64,000 nt of DNA from an uncultured archaeon. Lineage in GTDB: Archaea > Asgardarchaeota > Lokiarchaeia > Sigyniarchaeales > SOKP01. The stretch lies in the NCBI GenBank assembly GCA_964525635.1, contig CAZGJX010000001.1, positions 40,807-104,806 on the forward strand, in the 5' to 3' direction. The notes beneath the pieces were generated by a model. The model saw only the letters and a program-made list of their open reading frames with translations, did no database searches and had not been told where the DNA came from. Shown piece after piece: positions 55,336 through 64,000 of the stretch (position 1 is its first letter; each line of letters opens with the position of its first letter). The position numbers and the translations under genes are program-made.

Positions 55336-56157
55336 TTGTTAGTTGTTATTAAAATTGGAGGAGCTTTAATTGCGAAAAACTTTGAAAATGTTATTAGTGA
55401 TATTACAAATATTTGCTCACAAAATAAATATAATTTGGTTATAGTTCATGGAGGAGGTCCACAAATAAATGAATTACTTCAACAAATGAATAAGACACCA
55501 AAATATTTTAAGACACCTTCAGGATTTACAACAAGATATACAGATCAAGAAGCAATTGAAACCGCAATTATGGCATTAGGAGGAAAAAATAATAAAAGAA
55601 TAGTAGAAGCTTTACAAAAAAAGAATGTAAATGCTTTTGGTTTTACCGGTATTGATGGAGGAATTATTGAAGCTAAGAGAAAGGAAAAAATATTAGTTTT
55701 AGTTGATAATAAACGAATCATGAAAAGAGGAGAGTTTTCTGGAAAGGTCACTAATGTAAAGACTAAAGTAATAAAATTTTTACTTGAAAATGGCTATTTA
55801 CCTATAATTGGATCAATAGCCAAAAGTGAATATGGAGAGATCGTAAATGTTGATGGGGATAGAGCAGCTAGTTATGTGGCAGATGCTTTAAATGCTGATA
55901 TTTTAATCAGTTTAACAGATGTCGATGGTATCTATAAAAATTTTAATGATAAAAATTCTCTGATAAGGACAATTGGTACATCTCAATTAAGAATCATTTT
56001 GGAGGATTTAGATGGAGGAATGAAAAAGAAAGCATATGCCTCTTTGGAAGCTTTAGAAAAGAATATAAAAAAAGTAATAATTTGCTCAGGTTTGACAGCA
56101 AATCCGATATCTAATGCTTTAGAAAATAATACAGGAACAGTGATTACAAATGAGTAG
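55336..56157 (+). CDS. lysZ: [LysW]-aminoadipate/glutamate kinase (acetylglutamate-kinase fold)
   Basis: 273 aa, TTG start. Contains VVIKIGGA, VIVHGGGPQINELL, NVDGDRAA and LTDVDGIY. Confidence 0.8.
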   Translation: MLVVIKIGGALIAKNFENVISDITNICSQNKYNLVIVHGGGPQINELLQQMNKTPKYFKTPSGFTTRYTDQEAIETAIMALGGKNNKRIVEALQKKNVNAFGFTGIDGGIIEAKRKEKILVLVDNKRIMKRGEFSGKVTNVKTKVIKFLLENGYLPIIGSIAKSEYGEIVNVDGDRAASYVADALNADILISLTDVDGIYKNFNDKNSLIRTIGTSQLRIILEDLDGGMKKKAYASLEALEKNIKKVIICSGLTANPISNALENNTGTVITNE

Positions 56158-57310
56158 TAATCCTGTTGAATTTCTAAAGAAGTGCATTGAATTTTATAGT
56201 CCTTCTGGGAAAGAAGAAAAATATTCTGAATTTCTCGCGGAGTTTTTAAAAAAACATAACTTTAAAGTTAAATTTGATAAGGTTGGAAATTTAATAGCAG
56301 AAAAAGGTCATGGTAATCCTCTTATTTTATTTTCTTCTCATATGGATACAATTCCAGGGGAATTACCCATTATTCAAAAAGATGGAAAAATATATGGTAG
56401 AGGAGCTGTAGATTGTAAATCTTCCTTAGCTGCTATGGTCTATTCATTAAGTCATTATGATTTTGATCAAAAAGATACTGGAAAAATAATTTTTGCTGGA
56501 ATAGTAAGAGAAGAAGATAGTTTAATTGGGATAAATGAACTGATAAAGACAGATATTCAACCTGATTTTGCTATATTTGGAGAACCCACAAAAATTGACC
56601 AAATATGTATTGGTTATAAAGGAAGACTTAGTATAGGATATTATATTTCAACAGATTCTGGACATGTTGCTTGTTCATGGTTATATTCAAATGCTATAGA
56701 AATAGGAATAAATATCTGGAATATAATAAAGGAGGATTGTAAAGTACTATCTAAAGAGTTTTGTGAAAAAGATAATAATACAAAATATTTTGATAAAATC
56801 ATAACAAATCTAACAGTTATTTTTGGGGGAAAACTGACAAATTGTGTTCCTTCAGAATGTAATATCCAAATTGATATTAGATTTCCTCCATCTATAAAAT
56901 CTGAGATAATATTAGGAAAAATACGAGATCATGTTGAAAATTTTAATTTAAAATATAAAAAAAAGAAGAATTCAGAGCTTACTATTCAAGAAAATATTTA
57001 TAGTCGTGTTGAAGGATTCGAAATTAAAGCAGATGAATATATAATTGGAGCATTGAGATGGGCTATCTTTAAAACTATCAATAAAAAACCTAACTTAATT
57101 AAAAAGACAGGAACAACGTTTATAAATTCCATTGGTATTCATTATAGAATACCTTCCATAACTTACGGTCCAGGAGATTCTAAACTCGAACATACAGATA
57201 AAGAATTTATAGAAATTGAAGAATATTTAAATATTATTGAGGTTTATAAGAAATTTATAAAAAAATTATGTAATATTTACAACAAAAAAAAAAATGAGAA
57301 GAAAACTTAG
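56150..57310 (+). CDS. lysK: [LysW]-lysine/ornithine hydrolase (M20 peptidase, ArgE/LysK)
   Basis: 386 aa containing SSHMDTIPG, GRGAVDCKSS and REEDS. Overlaps the lysZ stop by 8 nt. Confidence 0.75.
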   Translation: MSSNPVEFLKKCIEFYSPSGKEEKYSEFLAEFLKKHNFKVKFDKVGNLIAEKGHGNPLILFSSHMDTIPGELPIIQKDGKIYGRGAVDCKSSLAAMVYSLSHYDFDQKDTGKIIFAGIVREEDSLIGINELIKTDIQPDFAIFGEPTKIDQICIGYKGRLSIGYYISTDSGHVACSWLYSNAIEIGINIWNIIKEDCKVLSKEFCEKDNNTKYFDKIITNLTVIFGGKLTNCVPSECNIQIDIRFPPSIKSEIILGKIRDHVENFNLKYKKKKNSELTIQENIYSRVEGFEIKADEYIIGALRWAIFKTINKKPNLIKKTGTTFINSIGIHYRIPSITYGPGDSKLEHTDKEFIEIEEYLNIIEVYKKFIKKLCNIYNKKKNEKKT

Positions 57311-57404
57311 ATTTGTCTATTTATCTTAAATACTAAATAGAACTATAATTATAGAAAATTATCTCAATAATAAAACTAAACATCAATTTAATTGATAGTA
57401 ATAA

Positions 57405-57878
57405 TTATTTAAATTCAGTACCACAACTCGCACAAAATCGTGCATTTTGTTCATTTATAACATTACACAACGGACATATTTTATTTATATATTGATCAAC
57501 GGTTTTATTCGGATTATTAGGCATTACTGATGCATTATCATTTGAATTCGATGTAATTGGCTTTATAGATTCTTCAAAATTCATTAAAATCGTTTTTAAT
57601 TGATTAAAATAATTTAAGACTCTACTAATATCCTGTTTTTTACTTTTAGTGATTGTAATCCAAAGTATCTGTTGTGTAGCTTTAATTGGTTTAATCTTTA
57701 TCACACATTTTAAGAATTCATTTGGTTCATTATTTAATGTTTTAATAACACCAGAAGGTTTTTTAGCTTGGATAATTTTGAGTGTTGTATTTTGTTGAAC
57801 AAATTCAAGAACTACATCAAATACTTCCATCATTGATTTAGAAGTTTTAAATATCCATATTTGTTTATTTTCTACCAT
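57405..57878 (-). CDS. Hypothetical protein with C-terminal zinc-ribbon
   Basis: 157 aa. The C-terminus is CPLCNVINEQNARFCASCGTEF. Confidence 0.45.
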   Translation of the reverse strand: MVENKQIWIFKTSKSMMEVFDVVLEFVQQNTTLKIIQAKKPSGVIKTLNNEPNEFLKCVIKIKPIKATQQILWITITKSKKQDISRVLNYFNQLKTILMNFEESIKPITSNSNDNASVMPNNPNKTVDQYINKICPLCNVINEQNARFCASCGTEFK

Positions 57879-57898
57879 TTAAAACAAATCTTAAATTT

Positions 57899-58804
57899 AT
57901 GTTAATTGATATTTTTATAATTATATCAAAATTATATAAATATATCATAATGAATAAAATGACCATTAATAAGAAGAACAATTCTTATTCAAAAAATCCA
58001 TATCCCTTCTTAAAATGGGTAGGGGGTAAGAGACAATTAATATCTCAAATAGATCCAATTCTACCTGATATATTTGGAACTTATTTTGAACCATTTGTTG
58101 GTGGAGGTGCTTTATTTTTTTATCTCTTACCTAAGAAAGCTGTATTAATTGATAATAATCCTGTTTTGATAAATGTTTATAACGTTATAAAATATAAAGT
58201 TGATGAGTTAATAGCATCATTAAAAAATCATAAAAATGAAAAAGATTATTACTACAAAATTCGTAATGTTGATAGAGAAGAAGAATTTAAACTTTGGAAT
58301 GATGTTCAAAAAGCATCACGTACTATTTTTTTAAATCGTTGTTGTTATAATGGACTCTATCGGGTTAATAGTAAAGGACAATTTAATGTACCCTTTGGTA
58401 AATATAAAAACCCTCGTTTCTGTGATGAAGAAAATTTAAGGGTAGTAAATCAAATTCTAAAAAATGTTGATATAATTAATGGTTCTTATGAAATTGTATT
58501 AAAATATGCACAAAAAAATGATTTCATTTATTTTGATCCCCCTTATATGCCCATATCCAAATCAGCCAATTTCACAAGTTATACTAAAGATAATTTTAGT
58601 GAAAAAGACCAATTGGATTTAAAATCTGTATACGATAATCTATCTAAAATGAATGTGAAAGTAATGTTAAGCAATTCTTATTGTGATTTTATTTTAGATT
58701 TATATCAAGAATATCGTATTGAAATTGTTAAAGCAAAAAGGGCAGTTAACAGTGATTCATCCAAACGAGGTCAAATACGAGAAGTTTTAATTCTAAATTA
58801 TTAA
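57899..58804 (+). CDS. dam: Dam-type (D12 class) N6-adenine DNA methyltransferase
   Basis: Contains FLKWVGGKRQLI, EPFVGGGALFF, NRCCYNGLYRVN and FIYFDPPY. The true start is probably the internal MNKMTINKK..., since the first 17 codons look like AT-rich read-in. Confidence 0.85.
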   Translation: MLIDIFIIISKLYKYIIMNKMTINKKNNSYSKNPYPFLKWVGGKRQLISQIDPILPDIFGTYFEPFVGGGALFFYLLPKKAVLIDNNPVLINVYNVIKYKVDELIASLKNHKNEKDYYYKIRNVDREEEFKLWNDVQKASRTIFLNRCCYNGLYRVNSKGQFNVPFGKYKNPRFCDEENLRVVNQILKNVDIINGSYEIVLKYAQKNDFIYFDPPYMPISKSANFTSYTKDNFSEKDQLDLKSVYDNLSKMNVKVMLSNSYCDFILDLYQEYRIEIVKAKRAVNSDSSKRGQIREVLILNY

Positions 58805-59040
58805 TTATTTTAAAATACAATAATTGAAGTATCTTCCCTCTTAAATGACAATATTGTTATTCTTAAATGTTCTTTACATCTCCAATTGGGAGCGAAATTC
58901 TTTCTTTTTAATATTATCATGAACGAGTAAAAAGATTATTATATGAATAAAAACAAAATTCAATTAATTACATTAATCAACACTCATTTAATACATCATG
59001 ATAAAAATGCTATAAGCATTAATTTTTGCAATAAATTAAA

Positions 59041-59048
59041 GAGGAGGT
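59041..59048 (+). promoter_or_regulatory. Strong Shine-Dalgarno-like motif (GAGGAGGT) upstream of the GH5 gene
   Basis: gaggaggt lies 11 nt before ATG 59060. It is much stronger than the motifs upstream of most other genes in the window. Confidence 0.5.
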
Positions 59049-59059
59049 AGAATATCTAT

Positions 59060-60391
59060 ATGAGTACAGGATTTGTCAAAATAAATGGAACTAATTTTGT
59101 CGTAAATAATAAAAAAATTATATTTCGTGGTTTTGGAATTCCAAATTTCTTAAATATTGAACACTTTTTAATTGGATTACCCGGTTCGGAATCCCAAATA
59201 AGAAGAGCTATAATAGATGCATATGGACAAAAAGAATCGGAAATATTCTGGGAAAAATTTTATAAATGTTATTTAAATGAAAAAGATTTTGAATTTTTTA
59301 AATATATTGGAATAAACTCAATTAGGCTTTCATTTAATTATCATATTTTTGAATCAGATCAAGATCCCTATAATTATAATAAAAAAGGCTTTAAACAGAT
59401 TGATCGTGCTTTAGATTTATGTGATAAATATAAAATATATGCAATACTCGATTTACATTCTGCGCCAGGAGGACAAAATCCTGACTGGCATTCTGATAAC
59501 GCTATTGGAGAATGTTTATTCTGGGAATATGCTGATTTTCGAAATCGTACAATTGCTCTATGGGAATATATCGCAAATAAATATAAAAATAATCCATGGA
59601 TTGCAGCATATGATCTATTGAATGAACCGTGTCTCTATGATATTAATGGAAAACCTATTAATGACTTTTATGGAACAATTATCAAAAAAATCAGAAAAAT
59701 CGATAATAATCATATTTTATTTATTGAAGGGGATTTTTATGCAAGGGATTTTACATGTTTTAAACAGTTTGATGATCCTAATATTGCTTACTCATTTCAT
59801 TACTATGCTTTTTTTAATCAAAATAAATTTTTATCAGGAGATATATTGAAAAAAGTAGAAACGGATTTATTTGAAAATATTACACTTGATTATATACAAA
59901 ATAAATTAAAGAAACCAATCTGGTGTGGTGAAACGGGTATTTTATTGAATTCTCTAAACAAGGAACTCCAAGAGAATATTTTAAAAAATACAATTATTAT
60001 CTTAGAAAAATATAATATATCATGGAGTCTATGGGATTATAAAGATGCTCGAAGCATGGGTTCACTTTTCCCATCAGATAACTCTAAATGGATGGAATTT
60101 TCAAGGAAAGCTTGTAATAATTGGGAATTCTGGCATAATCAGAGAGAAAGTGAAGTAGAAGTAGAAAATTTATTTAAAAAATATTCTATAAATAAGAATG
60201 AAAAAAAATTAAATCTTAAATTAAAATTCAGGATTATGGCAAATAATCAACTATTATATATTGAAAATTATAAAAAATTATTTTCAAAAATAAAATTTGA
60301 AGATCTACTAACATATCCAGAAGCATTTTTATTTGATAAATGTGAGCAATGGAATGAAATAATAGAAATGATAAAACACTATAATAAGTGA
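59060..60391 (+). CDS. Glycoside hydrolase family 5 (cellulase/mannanase-like), apparently cytoplasmic
   Basis: 443 aa containing IRLSFNYH, HSAPGGQN, AYDLLNEP (acid/base Glu) and WCGETG (nucleophile Glu). No obvious signal peptide. Confidence 0.8.
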   Translation: MSTGFVKINGTNFVVNNKKIIFRGFGIPNFLNIEHFLIGLPGSESQIRRAIIDAYGQKESEIFWEKFYKCYLNEKDFEFFKYIGINSIRLSFNYHIFESDQDPYNYNKKGFKQIDRALDLCDKYKIYAILDLHSAPGGQNPDWHSDNAIGECLFWEYADFRNRTIALWEYIANKYKNNPWIAAYDLLNEPCLYDINGKPINDFYGTIIKKIRKIDNNHILFIEGDFYARDFTCFKQFDDPNIAYSFHYYAFFNQNKFLSGDILKKVETDLFENITLDYIQNKLKKPIWCGETGILLNSLNKELQENILKNTIIILEKYNISWSLWDYKDARSMGSLFPSDNSKWMEFSRKACNNWEFWHNQRESEVEVENLFKKYSINKNEKKLNLKLKFRIMANNQLLYIENYKKLFSKIKFEDLLTYPEAFLFDKCEQWNEIIEMIKHYNK

Positions 60392-60482
60392 TTGTATTTA
60401 AAACATATAAGATTTTTAACTTTTTTTTATATTAGAAATGAATTTAGTTAAGTACTATCTAAAGTGAAAAGATAAATCTCGT

Positions 60483-60758
60483 TTATTTAGAGGGAGGATC
60501 TTTATCAACAAATTTGTATCTTATTATAATAATTAACCAACTAAAAACAATTGAATTTCCAAGGATAAGTCCAATACTTATAATTAATAGTCCATAAAAA
60601 ATCCAAAGAAAAACACCAATTGTCGTTAAAACAATCCACCACCATGATAAATCTTTAGTAGATTTAGTTTGTATTACTCGAACTGTTTGGGGAAAAAATG
60701 CAATTATTGTAAAAATTGAAGCAATAATTCCAAATATTTCAATAATATAATTCATCAT
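60483..60758 (-). CDS. SemiSWEET (PQ-loop, 3-TM sugar transporter)
   Basis: 91 aa with three TM helices. FFPQTVRVIQTKSTKDLS closely resembles the bacterial SemiSWEET FLPQ..R...TK.T.D.S motif. Confidence 0.75.
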   Translation of the reverse strand: MMNYIIEIFGIIASIFTIIAFFPQTVRVIQTKSTKDLSWWWIVLTTIGVFLWIFYGLLIISIGLILGNSIVFSWLIIIIRYKFVDKDPPSK

Positions 60759-60979
60759 TCATTTTCCATAACTTAAAACTTATCTAATTATAAATTTATC
60801 TTCTACTTAACTTTTCTTATTATTTTTTTGATTTAATTTTATTTTACTATCTTTTTTAATAAAGGCGTAGTCTAACACTACTTATATATCAATCATGCTA
60901 TTTATAATTCAAATTTATTAACAATAAATTATTTTTAACTATTTTAATTTAGATATATAATAGTAAATATATGATTCAA

Positions 60980-61081
60980 GGGCCTGTAGATCAGTGGAAG
61001 ATCGCGTGTTTATTTGATATAACATCTAATAAAGCGAAGTTCGCAATCACGAGGTCACGGGTTCAATCCCCGTCAGGTCCA
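60980..61081 (+). tRNA. tRNA-Ala (anticodon CGC) with a 30-nt intron at a non-canonical position (about 30/31 or 31/32)
   Basis: Acceptor GGGCCTG/CAGGTCC with G3:U70 and A73 (Ala identity). D arm GATC-AGTGGAA-GATC. T arm ACGGG-TTCAATC-CCCGT. The loop TTCGCAA (anticodon 61042..61044) needs removal of 61009..61038 or 61010..61039. No encoded CCA. Confidence 0.85.
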
Positions 61082-61501
61082 TCTTTTAGCAACATCAGAT
61101 TGACGTTGTATTTTTCCCCAAGGAGTAAAAATTAATATAATCAAGCTAATTAAGTTCTAGGAAAAAAACCAGAATAAGGAAAAATTATCTCTAAAGATCA
61201 GTTTTATCTTAATTTAAATTAATAATCCCAATTTAATACAACAAACTTATGAATACTAAAAATTTAAAAATTCAAAAGAGAAAAGTATAAAAGAGAATTG
61301 TCTAAAGAACTACAAAGAAATATATTTTTTCAGTTTGAGTTTTTTTTAGATTATATAATTTGAATGATAGAATCTTGTAGTGTCAAGGTCGTTTAGCTTT
61401 CTGGAGAAATTATACGTTTATTTCTTCTATTTAATTTAAATAAAATAAACCTAATAAAAATATTATTATCAATTTTATATATAAAAATAAATGAAATTAA
61501 T

Positions 61502-62050
61502 ATGGTAGAAAATAGAAATAATCTATTTGGAATTATTGCGATTATTATTGGTGCATCAGGATTAGGATTTGGGATTTATTCAATCGTCAGTTTACAGAGT
61601 ATTAATGATACTCAAAGTCCTCCTGGGCAAAATGAACATCTAACAATCGCAAAAGCTTTTCTTTCATCTGGTTATACAGAAGGGCCAGCAACTTATAAAA
61701 TTAACTTTGATGAGAAATTATATGATCCAGATAATGCTTTTGATTTAGCCACAGATATGTATAATGTCCCAAAAGAGGGGTATTACCTTATTAATGCACA
61801 ATTTACAGGGTTATCATTTGGAAATCTTATGTGGATGAATATTAATATAAGTAATGTTATTCAGCTTCAAGTAATGGTGCATGTTAATAGCGGTACAAAT
61901 GGAGCTACTGCAAGTGCATCAGATATCTTTTATTTATATGAAGGAGATTCTGTAATTCTTGAAGCAGGAAGTAATACGGTTACTAATCTTGAAGTACTAG
62001 GGGATTCTAATGGAACACTAACATATATTTCAATATATTATTTAATGTAG
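61502..62050 (+). CDS. Membrane-anchored protein with C1q/TNF-like jelly-roll domain (tentative)
   Basis: 182 aa. N-terminal TM helix (LFGIIAIIIGASGLGFGIYSIV), then a C1q-like pattern: FLSSGY...INFDEKLYDPDNAFD...YNVPKEGYYLINAQF...LYEGDSVILEA. Confidence 0.4.
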   Translation: MVENRNNLFGIIAIIIGASGLGFGIYSIVSLQSINDTQSPPGQNEHLTIAKAFLSSGYTEGPATYKINFDEKLYDPDNAFDLATDMYNVPKEGYYLINAQFTGLSFGNLMWMNINISNVIQLQVMVHVNSGTNGATASASDIFYLYEGDSVILEAGSNTVTNLEVLGDSNGTLTYISIYYLM

Positions 62051-62153
62051 TATAATTTTTTAATTATTTTTTTTTCCTTCTTTTATTTTTTCCTAAACAA
62101 CTAATCTATTTTATAATGACACAATATTAAATAAATTACATAACAGTGGTTTT

Positions 62154-62801
62154 TTATATATCTAGAAAATTGTCAAAATAGTTTATTCTTTCACCAATTA
62201 ATATCAACATTGTATGATATTTCGTATCTTTTGCATAATTTTTTTGGAAATATTCAAATAGTTTAAAAATTTTTAAAAATTTAAAATCTTCACGGAGCTC
62301 ATCTTCAGAAGAAAAGTGAATAAAATATTCACTTTGAAAAGAATTTGGATCATTTTTTACAGCTATACCTTTTCCATAATATTGCTTATCATTTGTAGAG
62401 AGTGTACTTAAGAAAAAAAAACCATTTGGTTTCAAAATCTTCTGAATTTTAGAAATAAATGCCTTTCTTACTTTTAGATTAAAGAAATTATATACATTTG
62501 AAATATAAATGATATCATATTGAGTATCATCTAAATCTTTCCAATCAATACATTCAAATGTGATATTTCTTTTATTTGAATTTCGCTGAATTGCATTTTC
62601 TATAGCCTTTGATGAAATGTCAATTCCATGTATTATAAGATTATTTAAATTCATGGATATAAAGTCAATATCACGTCCATCGCCACAGCCGATATCAAGA
62701 AACGTGAATTGGTCAGAGATTCTAATTCTTTTTTTAAGAAAATTTAAAGTTACATTCGCTGTTTTACTAACTTTATCTTCACAACTATAAATTTTAGTCA
62801 T
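62154..62801 (-). CDS. Class I SAM-dependent methyltransferase
   Basis: 215 aa with motif I FLDIGCGDGRD and post-I IHGIDIS. Confidence 0.7.
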   Translation of the reverse strand: MTKIYSCEDKVSKTANVTLNFLKKRIRISDQFTFLDIGCGDGRDIDFISMNLNNLIIHGIDISSKAIENAIQRNSNKRNITFECIDWKDLDDTQYDIIYISNVYNFFNLKVRKAFISKIQKILKPNGFFFLSTLSTNDKQYYGKGIAVKNDPNSFQSEYFIHFSSEDELREDFKFLKIFKLFEYFQKNYAKDTKYHTMLILIGERINYFDNFLDI

Positions 62802-62844
62802 ATATATCCTTGAAATAAATGATTATCAAATAAAATGCGGTATT

Positions 62845-63342
62845 TTATATATTCCTCCTTAGATTTGGGATCCACTTTGGTACTTTTTCTTTATATTTAA
62901 GAAAATCATCTCCAATTAATTCTTCCAATTTCTTTTCTTCAAAATTAGCCATTTTATTATAAACTAAGAAAATAAAGACGAATAGAATAATACATATAAT
63001 ACTTACTGAGAGACATATTAAAGCAACATATATTAAAAGGATACCTAAATACATAGGATTTCTTACATAACCTAAAACACCATTAGTTAATAAAGTGTTT
63101 GGAGGCTCATGTTTCTGTTGAAATAATATTTTATGGGATAATTGAATAAAGATTAAAGCAAAAATTAAGAATATAATAAAAAAAATGATACGTAGCCATA
63201 AAAAAATAAAATTATTTATCCAAATAGTTAATTTAAAAATATTAGTATCCAAAATCCAAATTGTTACAAAAATGATAGGTAAGATTGCATGATACATATG
63301 GGCATTATGTATCTCCCGCTCTTTACCTTTATGTCTATTCAT
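62845..63342 (-). CDS. Isoprenylcysteine carboxyl methyltransferase (ICMT/Ste14-like) family membrane methyltransferase
   Basis: 165 aa, 4-5 TM helices. Contains GVLGYVRNPMYLGILLIY and a C-terminal EEKKLEELIGDDFLKYKEKVP. Confidence 0.65.
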   Translation of the reverse strand: MNRHKGKEREIHNAHMYHAILPIIFVTIWILDTNIFKLTIWINNFIFLWLRIIFFIIFLIFALIFIQLSHKILFQQKHEPPNTLLTNGVLGYVRNPMYLGILLIYVALICLSVSIICIILFVFIFLVYNKMANFEEKKLEELIGDDFLKYKEKVPKWIPNLRRNI

Positions 63343-63642
63343 TTTAAATATCCTTTATTGAGTTGTTTGTGATATTTATTCAAAAAAATGAAATATTTCA
63401 ATAATTATATTAATTATTATCTATGCATATTTATAAATTAATTATATCTATTGATTTTCATTTATTTTAATCCACCACCTTATATGTCATAAAATTCTAT
63501 AATTCTATTTTGTAAATCGTTATTGTGTGTTTTTTTCAAGAAATCAAATTTACTTTTTTTTTATATGATAATTATAATTAGAGTGCTTAAATGGAGAATA
63601 CCTTTTTTATGTGAATAGAAATCTTAAAAAAAAAAAAATTTT

Positions 63643-63861
63643 TTATAAACCTTTTGTACGAATTCCTATATACATTATTAACCAGCTTAGTAGTGCGAGT
63701 AAAAAACCACCATAAAAACACCATACGTTAGCATGTATATCCAAAAAATAAAGTTCTTCTTTGATTGATTCTTGATATCCAGTGATAACCAATGAAATTC
63801 CAGCAATCAAGATTAATAATGACAATTCTACTGTGGATTTTGTTGGGGGACTATATTTCAT
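63643..63861 (-). CDS. Small membrane protein
   Basis: 72 aa with two TM helices. Paralogous to the partial ORF immediately upstream (its C-terminus ...LIMYIGIRTKGL matches ...FLIFIGTRLRGI). Confidence 0.4.
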   Translation of the reverse strand: MKYSPPTKSTVELSLLILIAGISLVITGYQESIKEELYFLDIHANVWCFYGGFLLALLSWLIMYIGIRTKGL

Positions 63862-63880
63862 TTTAACATCTCCTTAATTA

Positions 63881-64000
63881 TTATATCCCTCTAAGTCTTG
63901 TCCCTATAAAGATCAAAAACCATCCAAAACCAATTATAAAGAGTCCTGTATAAACTAAGAATTCATTAATTTCGATTCCGAAAATAACTGTCTCTGAAGA
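63881..64000 (-). CDS. Small membrane protein, partial (5' end outside the window); paralogue of 63643..63861
   Basis: Reverse complement reads SSETVIFGIEINEFLVYTGLFIIGFGWFLIFIGTRLRGI-stop (TAA 63883..63881). Confidence 0.35.
   Translation of the reverse strand, partial: SSETVIFGIEINEFLVYTGLFIIGFGWFLIFIGTRLRGI

Noticed and set aside
61082-64000. An integrated element using the tRNA-Ala gene as attachment site (an odd gene set downstream: C1q-like, methyltransferases, small membrane proteins)
   Set aside because: No integrase or recombinase gene, no direct repeat of the tRNA 3' end and no clear compositional shift are visible in the window.

Overview
Very AT-rich archaeal chromosomal segment (base composition judged by eye, not computed), densely coding. 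I support about 55 protein genes, one tRNA, one intein and one TnpB-type IS. There is no rRNA and no CRISPR array. The gene content points to an Asgard (Lokiarchaeia-like) archaeon. Archaeal information-processing genes (MCM, GINS-like, topoisomerase VI A/B, LeuRS, MetAP2) sit next to eukaryote-signature proteins: a Rab/Ras-like small GTPase, Roadblock/LC7, two V4R (TRAPP-Bet3-like) proteins, a SemiSWEET and an ICMT-family methyltransferase. Metabolic blocks are lipoylation (two radical-SAM genes flanking an LplA-like gene), F420 tailoring (a CofE-nitroreductase fusion plus CofD), CoaBC, lysX-lysZ-lysK, and a bacterial-type TIM. A 12-kb minus-strand cluster encodes a MoxR ATPase, a DUF58 protein, a transglutaminase-like giant protein and DUF4129-like proteins. 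The most unusual signal is that two protein-coding genes, thioredoxin and the MoxR AAA+ ATPase, are each split by a 31-32 nt stop-containing insert directly beside their active-site codons. Exact removal of each insert restores the conserved motif (WCGPCK-FITPIL and [14 protein letters not shown]). Each insert lies in a bulge-helix-bulge (BHB) fold whose canonical cleavage positions excise exactly that length. This suggests mRNA splicing by the tRNA splicing endonuclease, which to my knowledge is essentially undescribed outside crenarchaeal cbf5. The same window holds a tRNA-Ala(CGC) with a non-canonically placed 30-nt intron, a 545-aa LAGLIDADG intein in the MCM P-loop, and a 1052-aa topo VI B subunit with large insertions, a tandem-repeat linker and an extra C-terminal domain. 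All folds and alignments were done by eye and need computational and RNA-level confirmation.
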